Below are positions 34,491 to 46,005 of a stretch of DNA of 64,000 bases, one piece after another. The notes under the pieces were generated by a model. It had not been told where the DNA came from, made no database searches, and was given only the letters and a program-made list of their open reading frames with translations. A program made the translations under genes and the position numbers. Location of the stretch: assembly GCA_038087875.1 (NCBI GenBank), contig CM075981.1:1426001-1490000 (forward strand). Direction: 5' to 3'. The stretch comes from Malacoraja senta. Lineage: Eukaryota. Position 1 is the first letter of the stretch. Each line of letters opens with the position of its first letter.

Positions 34491-35427
34491 AAAGCGATCG
34501 TAATTAGTTTTCGCGATTAAATTACAAGGCATTGAATTGTGTTTTTGGCACGCTTGTCTTCATCAGTGAGAACATTCAGAATATAATTTGAGATAATATG
34601 CTTCAGACGTGCAGATGTTCAGTCCACACTTTGGGAATTGTGTTCAGCTTCAATCACTCAGCTCCAAGAAAAGTTGAGATGGACAGCGAGCAGAAAGGTT
34701 TAAGGGCGACGTTGCCTGGACAGGATGGGATTGACGCAGGGAGCGATTGGACAAACTCAGACTTCATTCCTTAGTGTGGAAATGATTGAGAGAGGAACTT
34801 ATAGAAATGTAACAATCACGAGAAGCATGTTCATTTTCCCACGATGTGTGGAATCAAAAAGTGGAGGACAGAGGTAATGGGAACTATTTAAAGAGGAAGG
34901 AATAGTAAGGTGCAATTGACCGTAATTGCATGTTTTGTACAGCTGAGTGGCGGAAGCTGAACACAATTCGCACAAGTTCGACCTCAACAACATATGTACA
35001 ACTGAAACATAACATCCAACATATGTTCTGAGGGACAACATTTTCCACACATTGGGTAATATGTACATGGAACCTGCTGCCAGGGGAAGTTGTTGAGGCA
35101 GTTAGAATAGCAGCGTTTAAAATAAATTTTGGATATTTGCGTAGATTGGGATCATTGCGAGTGATAAATGAGAAACGCGGACATATGGAAATGTCATAGA
35201 AAGACATGTTGGTCGGCATTAATGAGCTGTTGTGATGGGCATCTTTCGGTTCTCTATAACTCTAACCTTCTTCGGTTTCTGCGCTTCGCACACTCCCAGA
35301 GATGTAGAGGAGCCGGTGAGGTATCAACCGGACGGCTCGGGCTGAGATAAAGTGCTGCTGAGATTTAGCAAGTGTTTGGTTTTTAACAATTCATACAGGT
35401 GACTGAATATTTGCTCCATTCCCACAG

Positions 35428-35747
35428 AAACCATGTCTGCTCCTGTGCTCAGTTATCTGTCAGCAGCAAATTCCTCACGTCTTGGAGGCTCAGTGTCATT
35501 GTCCTGTGAGTCTCTCCGTGGATCCCTTCCCATCCATTACACATGGTTTGAGAAAACGAGCATTGGGTTTCTACGATCTTGAAAGGCAATCAACTGGATC
35601 TGAGTTGTGAAATCCTCAGAGGTGAACACCTTCGATATTACTGCACAGCCGCAAATAATCGTGAGACAAAATCCAGTGAAATAGTCAAGGTGAAAGTCTT
35701 CAAAGGAGCAGGAACGTGCAGTTATGTGACAGAAATGAACAGTGCAG
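35428..35747 (+). pseudogene. Gene 2 exon C2a, frameshifted
   Basis: 320 nt versus 321 nt in paralogs; 1-nt deletion after WFEK gives TGA at 35580; splice sites intact. Confidence 0.9.
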
Positions 35748-36109
35748 GTGAGTGTTCCTCTCGTGTCCCTGAACCTGCTGCTATTCACCTTGTGGTGATG
35801 TTCATGGATTTCTTGTTATTTGCAGACGGCATCATTGCAGCCACCGTGAGCTCATGGTGTAAAATGCGAGAGTTTGTTTGGGGGACTGGCAAATAATTGC
35901 CCGTTGCTTCCACCATGGAGGTGTTGAGCAATTTCAGCAAAGGAGAGAAAGACATGCACTTGTCACAAAGGGTTGAGTGCACTCCATCAAATGTCTGCCT
36001 TCTGCCTTAAAAATGCCGCTTGGCTGCCGCTTAAGGTCTCACAGTCACTTTGAGACATTGAAAGCAACCAAATGCATCCTGTTTGGATCCGCCATCATTT
36101 ACAATCAAG

Positions 36110-36575
36110 GATGTGAGACCAAGCGGAGGCTTGGCGATCGTTTCGTCGAACACCTCCGGTCGGTCCGCAATAACCAACCTGAACTCCCGGTGGCTCAGCA
36201 CTTCAACTCCCCCTCCCATTCCGTATCTGACCTCTCTGTCCTGGGTCTCCTCCATGGCCACAGCGAGCAACACCGTAAATTGGAGGAAATGCACCTCATA
36301 TTCCGCTTGGGCAGTCTACATCCTGGTGGCCTGAACGTTGAATTCTCCCAATTCTGCAAGCCCTGGCTGTCTCCTCCCCTTCATCAGCCATCTGGTTGTC
36401 TCCTCCCCTCCCCCAGCCCTCGGGCTCCTCCTCCGCCTTTTCCTTTTTTCCTTTGTTCTCCCCACCCCCTATCAGTCTGAAGAAGGGTTTCGGCCCGAAA
36501 CGTTACCTATTTCCTTCGCTCCATAGATGCAGCTGCACCCGCTGAGTTTCTCCAGCATTTTTGTGTACCTATGTA
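36110..36575 (+). mobile_element. Penelope-like 3' fragment shared by genes 2 and 3 (paralog about 62660-63120), absent from gene 1
   Basis: ETKRRLGDRFVEHLRSV..HFNSPSH..RKLEEMHLIFRLGSLHPGGLNVEFS. Confidence 0.85.
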
Positions 36576-36812
36576 CAATTTCATGATCATGTTCATGATT
36601 TTAACTCTGTTAATTTGTGTGAATCACTGGAATTCCAGTAATCTCACAAAATTTAGGTGGAGTCACTTGGCCGTCACTCCATCAAGTATAACCCTTACTT
36701 TTGTCAAAGATAATTTTGAAATGAACTCCCAGTAGGCGTGGAGACGTTCAGATTGGAAGTCCAGAATAGAGTGTGAATGGTTTACATCAGAGACACCAAG
36801 CTTATACAATGC

Positions 36813-37049
36813 CAGCGTTTCTTAAACTATTTCAGTGCCATTAACCCTTGAGTCTTTATTACAAGATTTAATTCACCCTCCACAAAATATTCTTATGTTT
36901 TTTTGGTTATTATCATCTTATTTTCACGTGTGCATAATTTTATATATAATTTATTTTGTCACATGAGCAAAAAACATGAATTAACTCATTCACCCCAAAA
37001 TAATTTCATTCGCCCTTGGGTAAACCATTCATCAGTTTAAGAAGCACTG
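36813..37049. mobile_element. hAT-like MITE, 237 bp (paralog 63352-63588)
   Basis: Imperfect TIRs cagcgtttcttaaact and agtttaagaagcactg; AT-rich core; absent from gene 1; no clear TSD. Confidence 0.6.
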
Positions 37050-37466
37050 GCCGAGGCTACAATTTCGCCGAACACTTGTGTTTGGTCTGTCATGACCCAG
37101 AGTCGTACTTGATAGACACCCCGTTGATGCAGAGCAGCAGCAGTTTGCACCATCTGCACGATGCACTGCAGCAACTCACCAAGACTCCCAAGACATTACC
37201 TTCCAATTGCAACAGGCTCCGTGTTCAATGCATCATTATTCACCATTCACACCCACATTGGCTGGGAAGCGCTTTGGAACGATGTGCAGATGGTGAGGGA
37301 CGGTGTACAGTATCTGTCTCTCATCGCAATCTAGGTGGAATTCAACAGAGTTAAGAAAATCATTGGGCGGACTCCCCTGTATATATTGATGTATACTATA
37401 ATGTATATGTTTGTGAAAGACTAATTTTGCTCTTCAATCTATGAAAGAATTTTCCTTCAGTTTCAG

Positions 37467-37778
37467 GTGCACTGTGGGCAGAGAGCGAAGTACGAGGGTT
37501 TGTGGGAAGAGCGATCTCAATCGATTGTCACTATGCAGCAGTGTACCGCTCACACACAAAATGCAGGTGCCCTGGGACAAGTCGCCAATGTACACATATA
37601 GTGGAAACAAATGGGAAACATGGACAGAGCGGAAGAGTGTCAATCACAGATAACCCGGCACGAGGAATATTTACTGTGACTGTGGAGGATCTTCACTCTG
37701 GAGTTACAGGATGGTACAGATGTGGAATTATTACACCTGGCGAACCAACATTTAAAGTACATCTCCAAGTATCTGAAG
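37467..37778 (+). CDS. Gene 2 exon V4 (open, but core Trp lost)
   Basis: 312 nt, splice sites intact; KCRC instead of KYWC, VTGWY instead of DTGWY. Confidence 0.85.
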
Positions 37779-38967
37779 GTAGGTTTCTCAGTGAGTGACT
37801 TCATGTCTCGACTTTGGCATCTGCATAAAACATTTGTTGGGTCACATATGGGAGCCTGGTGCACAGTTCTGGTCGCCGCTTTATAAAACAAAAGATGTGA
37901 AAGGTTTGGAGAGGTTACAGAAAAATGTCACCGGGATATTTAGTTGTAGGTTACAAATGCAACATGGAAATGGATCCTTCGGCCCACCGAGTCCACACCG
38001 ACTAGCAATCACCGGTCACACTAGTTCTATGTTATTCCACTTTCCCATTCGCTCCCTACACATAATTCTACAATACCGCCATTCACACACCTCATTAGTG
38101 CAACATTATCACTATCAACAATTGTATACAAGGAAATTTAAAAGTTGTTGATAATGATACTGTTGCACTAATGAAGTGTTTGAATGTTGGTATTTTAGAA
38201 TTGTGGCAGAGTTTCAGATTAAAAGAAGATTAACTGCAGATGCTGGAAATATAAAACAAAGACAGATGGTGCTGCTGTGTGTTGGTGCAGTGGCAGACAT
38301 GGTAGTTCTGCCAGCTGGGTGGATGGAGAGACACAGAGATGTTCAAATCTGTTAAATTGTGAGGAGAAGGTACAGGGAAGACTTACAAGGATGTTGCGAT
38401 GACTTGACACTCAGGGAGGGATTGAGCAGATTAGGACTTTATTTCTTGGAGCGCAGGAGGATGAGGGATGATCTTATGGCAGGTAAAAAATCATGCGAGG
38501 AATAGATCGAGTTAATACACAGCCTTTTGCTCAGAGTAGGGAAATCGAGAACCGGAGGACATGGTTTTAATATGAGGGGGGAATGATTTAACAGGAACCT
38601 GGGGAGTAACGTTTTTACACAAAGGTTGGTAGGCACATGAAACGAACTGCCAACAGAAGTAGTTATGGCAGGTACTATCGTAACATTTAATAAAATATTG
38701 GACATGTACATGAATATGATATGTTTAGTGGGTTAAGGGCCAAGAAAGGGCAGGTGGAACTAGTGTACATTGGGCGTGTTGGTCAGCACGGGCAAGTTAG
38801 ACCGAAGAGCCTGTTTCTATGTTGTATGACTCTATGATTCTATGTAGATGGATGGGTCAGATTCCAAAATGGCGGCTCTGGCTAAGATACAGAGATGGTG
38901 GATATTGGTGAGTGTTTGATTTTCAGATGTTCACTCAGTTGTCTGACTGTTTGCTCCTTTCCCACAG

Positions 38968-39288
38968 ACCCCGTGTCTGTTCCTGTGCTTGGATTTCTGT
39001 CACCAGCCAATGTCTCCTGTCTCGGGGGCTCAGTGACAGTGTCATGTGAGTCGGTCAGCGGATCACCGCCCATTAGCTACAGCTGGTATGAAAAGACCCC
39101 ATCTGTGGATTCAAAGATCTCAGACCAAAATGCCCTGGATCTGCATTGTCAATCATTCAAACACCAGCACCATCAATATTATTGCACAGCCTCCAATAAT
39201 AATGGAAAAAAATCCAGTGAAATGGTCAACGTGTCCATCTCCAGCAGTGACGTGCCCTGCAGTTTTCTAGTGAAAATCAACGGCACTG
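38968..39288 (+). CDS. Gene 2 exon C2b
   Basis: cccacag| acceptor and |gtaagt donor; 321 nt open. Confidence 0.92.
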
Positions 39289-40555
39289 GTAAGTAGTGGG
39301 GGGAATGAGGAGAAGAAGGGGAAGTGCGGGTGGGGGGTTCATCAGATTACAAGTGATAGAAGCAGAAATAGACCATTCAATCATGGCTGATCTATCTTCC
39401 CCATTCTCCTGCTTTCTCCTCATAACCTCCGTCACCCTGAAATCCCTGCACGTTATTTAATTAATTTATCAAGATTAATATATGGAATTATGGCTCATTT
39501 GTCAGTACTTGGTTGTTGGGTTCCAGAAATAGAATCCCTAGTGTTGGTGTAGGCTAGCATCCTGTATAGAGTTCCCTCTTGCATTTACACAGCTTTAAAC
39601 TAGGTTTGCAGTGACATCAGTCCAAGCACATTCACTTTCCCACCACATGATCCATACACAGATATGGTAAGGGTTCAGACATTATCAGTAAATGTGGCCA
39701 CAGTTAAATCCTTGACGACGGTATCCCATTTACCAGCACCTCGTCCATTGCAGCAATTCAGGTACCTCCACCTTCTGGGTTTAAAAATATTTCTTGATAC
39801 CCTTGAAACATCCTGCTCCTTAACTTAACCATGTGTTCTCCACATTTACACATATCTGTCGTGCAACATTTCCCAAAAATCCACTGTCTATGCAGCTCAG
39901 AGCTTTTGCACACCTGTAATTGGTTTCCCCTTCCTCACCTGTCCTGCATGGAATTTTATAAAAAACCCTATCCAACCCCTCCCCATAACTGCAATGTTTC
40001 ATCCCAAGCAACACTTCTCACAAGTCTCAAGTGAAATTGCACCCTTTAGATTAGTTTATCGATACAGCGTGGAAACAGGCTCTTCGACCCACTCGGTGCA
40101 CACCGTCCAGTATTCACCAGTACACTAGTTCCATGGAGACCATTTACAAAGCCAATGAACTGGCAAACGTGCACGACTTTGTAATGCAGGGGGGGGAGGG
40201 GGGAGGGGGGATGGGGAGGGGGGAGGTGGAGGGGGACAGGAGCACTTGGAGAACACCCACACGGTCACAGGGAGGTGGTAAAAATTCCGTACATCCGTAT
40301 TCAGGATCGAACCCGGGTCTCTGGCGTTGTAAGGCAGCAAGTCTACCGCTGCGCCACTGTGCCGTCTACACCTGGCGCCAGAGTTTTTACCAGCCCGCCT
40401 GCTTGTCGTAACATCTCCCATTTACTCAACCCACACTGAAGAAACATTATCCTGTCTTTTAAGCCTATCAACTACTCACATCGGAAAACCATACTCCTTT
40501 GTTCAACTGCAAGTGAAAAACAGTGAAACTGACTTTTATTTCTTTGTTCCAACAG

Positions 40556-40604
40556 GTCATGAATATTCTTGTGAAAATTCGATAACATCCAATAACTCTG
40601 CAAG
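40556..40604 (+). CDS. Gene 2 stalk exon (GHEYSCENSITSNNSA)
   Basis: aacag| acceptor and |gtaaac donor; 49 nt. Confidence 0.82.
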
Positions 40605-41900
40605 GTAAACCACTCTGTTTCCAGTGGAAGTTACACTATAGTAATTGCTGGTGTTTTGGTTGGGAATGCTTTATTTGGGAGAAATTTGTGCCTGCCTTTC
40701 ACTGGCATTAAATGCCCTGAGAGTATTGATCTGAATGCACAGTGGCACAGCCGATAGAATCACAGCCTCACAACGCCACGACCCTGGTTCATTAGGTGCT
40801 GTCTGTGCGTGGTCTGCATGTTTTGCCTTTTATTGTGTTGGTTTAATTTAAGTGCTCCAGTTTCCTCCCAGCTCCCAAAGATGTGCCAGTTGTAAATTGC
40901 CCCGTGTGTACAGGACAGCGGTTTAATCTGTGGATAGGGGATGGGGTGGGGAGGGAGGGAGGGTGTTGGACGGTAGTGGTAGTTGATGAAAAAGTGGGGA
41001 AAATAAAAATGGCATTGACAGAGGATCCGTGTGAATGTAGTTGACTGTCGGCACAGACCAGAAGGGCCAAATGGCCTGTTTCTATACTGTGTTTCTCCAT
41101 GGGTCTTTGATCCAATGAAACCAAAAATCGAAGCATAATCAAACTCTGTACGTCCAGCCATGATCACATTGAATGGCGGTGCTGGCTCAAAGGGCCGAAT
41201 GGCCTACCCCTGCACCTCTTGTCTATTGTCTATTGTCTATTGTTTCAAGCCTGACACCAAATATAAATGTATCTCTTAAATATGCGTTAATAATATGTAT
41301 TTAACTTGCAAACCAATTATTAGTTAACTCTTCAGAAGGGGGATTACACTGGGTTTACATCTCATTGTGTTGTGTACATGCTTGGATGATAAGAACAAGT
41401 TCTTCCATTTGCTGCTTTTCAGAGAGCGCTCCCTGCAGTATTCACCATGACTTCTCTTTCACTAACCTCATCCCATGCTGTGAGATGAATATAGTTGCCA
41501 AACCCAAGTCTTGCAGTTTAGCTTGGTTGAGACTTGCTCTGGTGTGGTGCTGATAGGTAAATGCATTATGAATTATGGGCTAAGACACCCCCCTTGATAT
41601 CACTTGTGGCAATGGGGTCACGCACCAAAAATTCGCTGGCGCAGAATGTGAGAAAAGTCTTGAATCAGACCGAATATAGCGAACTGAGTTAACTCAATCA
41701 ATCAATCAATCAATCAACCGTTATCGTCATTTTAAACATTTCACACATAAAAAAACCCAATAAAAACACTCCAAAAATAATAATAATAAATAAATAAATA
41801 AATAAATAAAAAATCCAGTCCCTGATAAAAACAATACGAATAGCTAAAAATTGCAGGTAAAAAAACAGCAACATTAAAATACAAGTAAAAACATTCATAA

Positions 41901-44654
41901 TAATTTTATGATAAACTTATGATAAACTAATACCAAGATTACAAAAAATGTACCAATACGCTTTTAAAAAACGAATACTACCTGATACATTAGCGGAATC
42001 AACGATTACATTAATACCTAAGAAAAATAAAGATTTAGAAGAACCTGGTTCATATAGAGCTATAGCATTGTTAAACACAGATCAAAAAATATTAGCGAAA
42101 ACATTAGCTAGAAGATTAAGTAAATACATTAGTAAATTAATAAACCCAGATCAGACAGGGTTTATCCCTAAGACGAGATACTCTTCTAATAATATGAGAC
42201 GTCTACTCAACATAATGCACTCACACAAATCTGAAGATCAAGAATTATCAATTATTTCGCTGGATGCTGAAAAAGCATTTGATCAAGTAGAATGGAATTA
42301 TATGGATAAAGTATTACAAAAATTTCAACTGGGAGAGAATTTTATTTTATGGATTAAGTTACTATATAACAAACCTACAGCTAGAATACTAACTAATAAC
42401 ATATTATCCTCGAAATTTCAACTATCAAGGGGAAATAGACAAGGATGCTCATTATCACCACAGCTGTTTGCTCTCATTATTGAACCGCTAGCAGAAAAAA
42501 TTAGAATACACCCTGATATTCATGGATATAATACTAAAGACTCATATAATAAAATATCTTTACACGCGGATGATATATTACTGTATATTACAAAACCTCA
42601 AATCACTATACCAAATATATTAAATTTAATTGAAGACTTTGGATCTTTTTCTGGATATAGAATAAATTGGAATAAAAGTGAAATTATGTCAATAAAACCG
42701 AAAGATTCAACACATCTTTTAAAATTCCCTTTTAAAATAGCTACAGAAAAATTTAAATATTTGGGAATCGAAATTACCAGAACATATCAAGGTATGTTCA
42801 GGGCAAATTTTGACCCCCTACTTAATAAATTTAATACACTAATTAAATTCTGGAAAACGCTCCCGATGTCTTTAATAGGTCGAATAAACGCAATAAAAAT
42901 GATCTTTTTACCACAAATTTTATACCTATTTCAATCAATTCCTATATACTTACCTAAGAAGTTTTTTAAAAAACTCGACTCAGATATCACTAATTTTATA
43001 TGGGACTATAAATCACATAGAATACAAAAAACTCATCTGAATAAACCTAAAGTATTGGGGGGTTTAGCACTACCTAATTTTATGTATTATTATTGGTCAG
43101 TAAATATTAAAAACATGATTCAACTGATGGATAACTCCGCCCAGCAAGTAGACTGGATTGTAATGGAGAAAGAGGATTGCTCCTCTAGAAACATTGGAGC
43201 GATCCTCCTCTCTCCAATGAAACTGAATAACATAAATTATAATAAGAACCCCATTATTCATAGTACAATCCGTATTTGGAAACAAATAAAACAAAATTTA
43301 AAATTAAGAAATGTATCACTTTTATTACCTATAGTCAATAATCCTTCGTTTAGTCCTTCTATTATAGATAAAGCTTATACACAATGGGATAGACTAGGAA
43401 TTAAAACGCTTGGTGACTTGTATGAAACTGGAAAATTACTTTCATTTCAACAATTACAAATAAAATATAAACTCGGAAATAATCAATATTTTAAATATTT
43501 TCAAATATGCGACTATTTGAAAAAATATACAAAAGATCATTATAATAACCCAGTAGATGTATTGGACGAGGCAATGCAGATAAAAGCGGAATCAGCAAAC
43601 TTAATATCATATTTGTATAATATTATTTTAAATGTACAAATACCACCTACGGAGGGTATCAGAAGAGACTGGGAACAAGAGTTAGCTATTAAAATTTCAA
43701 AGGAAAGTTGGAATGAATACTTATTAAACGTGCATAAATGCTCGATTAATGTAAGACACACTTTAATACAATTTAAAATTTTACATAGATTATATTATTC
43801 GAAAACTAAAATTCATAAAATTTTCCCAAACGTATCATCTATTTGTGATAAATGTCAATCCCAAGAAGCTACTATAGCGCACTCATTCGTCTTCTGTACA
43901 AAAATTCAAAAATTTTGGAATGAAATTTTTGAAATCTTTACAAAGTTATTTAAAACAAGACTGATACCCAAAGCAGAATGGATTATCTTCGGAATAACGG
44001 AAGATGATCCAGAACTAAATGTGTTTCAAAAGAAATTAATGGACTATGGGTTAATAACTGGAAAAAAGCTAATTCTAAAATTTTGGAAGAAGGCTCCAAT
44101 ACCAACTATAAATATGTGGATTTCAAATATGTTTGAAACATTACACCTAGAAGAGATAAGACTCCTCCTAGCAGGTAAACCAGATCACTTCCACCTGACG
44201 TGGTCTGCATTTATAGAATTATTACAAACATAGGGTGCAAAATTACTTTAAAAAATATAAAAAAATTGAGGTCAGGTAAGGGGGGATGATAGTTGAAGAG
44301 TTGGTATGTCCTATTTACGTAATGCTTAAAAAAACATTTGTTTTTCTTTTTTTTTTTTTTTTTCCTCTCTCTCTTTCTCTTTTTTTTCCTAGGGCCTATT
44401 TCTTAACTCTTTTTCTTTTGTTTTTAATTTCGCTCTTATAGGGTCTTCGTCCTTTTTTGTTGTTACATTTTCTACACTTTTCTACACTTTCACTTTTTCC
44501 TTCACTTTCTTCTTTCTTTCAATCTTTTCCTTTTCTAGTGTAAAAAAATAAATAAAGGGAGTACATTAATTGTAAGAAGATACAAATGACGAGTATTAAT
44601 GTATGTGGTTGTAATGTAATGTACTTCTAATAAATAAAAATAAAAAAAATAATA
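41901..44654 (+). mobile_element. 5'-truncated L1 in the stalk-TM intron of gene 2
   Basis: 14-bp TSD aaaaacattcataa (41887-41900 and 44655-44668); ORF 41948..44233 (RT and C-terminus, YADD changed to HADD); A-rich tail; absent from gene 1. Confidence 0.95.
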
Positions 44655-45663
44655 AAAAACATTCATAAATAACTGACGCTCCCTTACACATTGAATCTTG
44701 AAAACATTGTTTTTTTAAATTATCCCTGAATATTCCATCATAATACAGTCATGAAAGTGGGAACACTTTGTTATTTATCTTGTTACAATTGAAATAGGTC
44801 TGGCTTTCTATCACACTCTTGCGATAGGAAATAAGAATATTAATAAAAGGCACGCCGTTATGAGCGAACCTTTAACCGATTTTTCGAACACACACCATCC
44901 ACACACCTACCGCGTTAATCCAAGTAATATCGAGGGGGCGAGATTAAGCATTAACATTTTTAATTTATTTTATTACTTGGCCTCATCCGTTTCCATATTT
45001 ATTGTCCCACCTCCCTTCCACCATTAGAATTGATCCCTTTTAATTAATCTATCCATATGGATTTTATTATAATCTCCTTGCAGCTGCAGTTTCTTTCTTC
45101 CAGGGTATTACACTGTTCTTTGTATCATTCACACATCCACATTTTCCCTTTCCCGTGACTCCCAGTCTGAAGAAGGGTCTCGACCCGAAACGTCACACGT
45201 GGGGTCATGCAGCAAAGATTCGGTGGCGCAGAAAGTGAGAAAACAGCCTTGAATTCAACCGAATACAGCGAACTGTGTTAACTGACGCTCCCTTACACAT
45301 TGAACCTTGAAACCTCTCCCGCTGTGTTTCTCCAGCATTGTGTGTCTATCTACTCTGTAGTCACTGAATTCACTGCTCCATCTACTGACTTATTTCTCTG
45401 TCTTCTCCGAATCCATTTAACCGTCTAATCTCTGATACCCAGTCTTATAGATATGCTCCAGCAATGAGGTCAGTAATTGGTGATCATAGGTTGCCCCCCC
45501 CCCAGTCCAACACCCGTTCTTTATCCAAGATGATCTCCATTGGCTCTACTGCTTCGCCCCGCTCCACTTCACTAAGATTATGAAGCAAATAACAGGTAAA
45601 TGTTTCAAAGATAAATCGTCTCGTTTCCTCCCATTGATTCTGTATCTCTTGCCCTTTGCCCAG

Positions 45664-45754
45664 TTACATCTCATGGAAAGTGGGGCGCTGGCTGTTCTTT
45701 CTCCTGCTTGCGATCTGGAGTATCTCAACCGCGGTGTTCACAAGAAGCTCTAAG
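45664..45754 (+). CDS. Gene 2 transmembrane exon with Lys and Arg
   Basis: gcccag| acceptor and |gtaagt donor; (S)YISWKVGRWLFFLLLAIWSISTAVFTRSSK. Confidence 0.9.
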
Positions 45755-46005
45755 GTAAGTTTTATTAGCATCATGTTCATAAATTATAGGAGCAGAATTG
45801 GTCCAATCAGCCCATTATATATAATCCGCCCCCAATCACGACTATTCTAGCCTTCGCTCCCGATCCATCCTCCTGCCTTCACCCCATAACCCTTGACATC
45901 CTTATTTATAAGAAATATGAAAATCTCCGGCTTAAAAATATCAATTGATTTGGATATGTACTAAAATACTGAACTCAGCGGGACAGGCAGTATCTCTGTC
46001 CCGCT

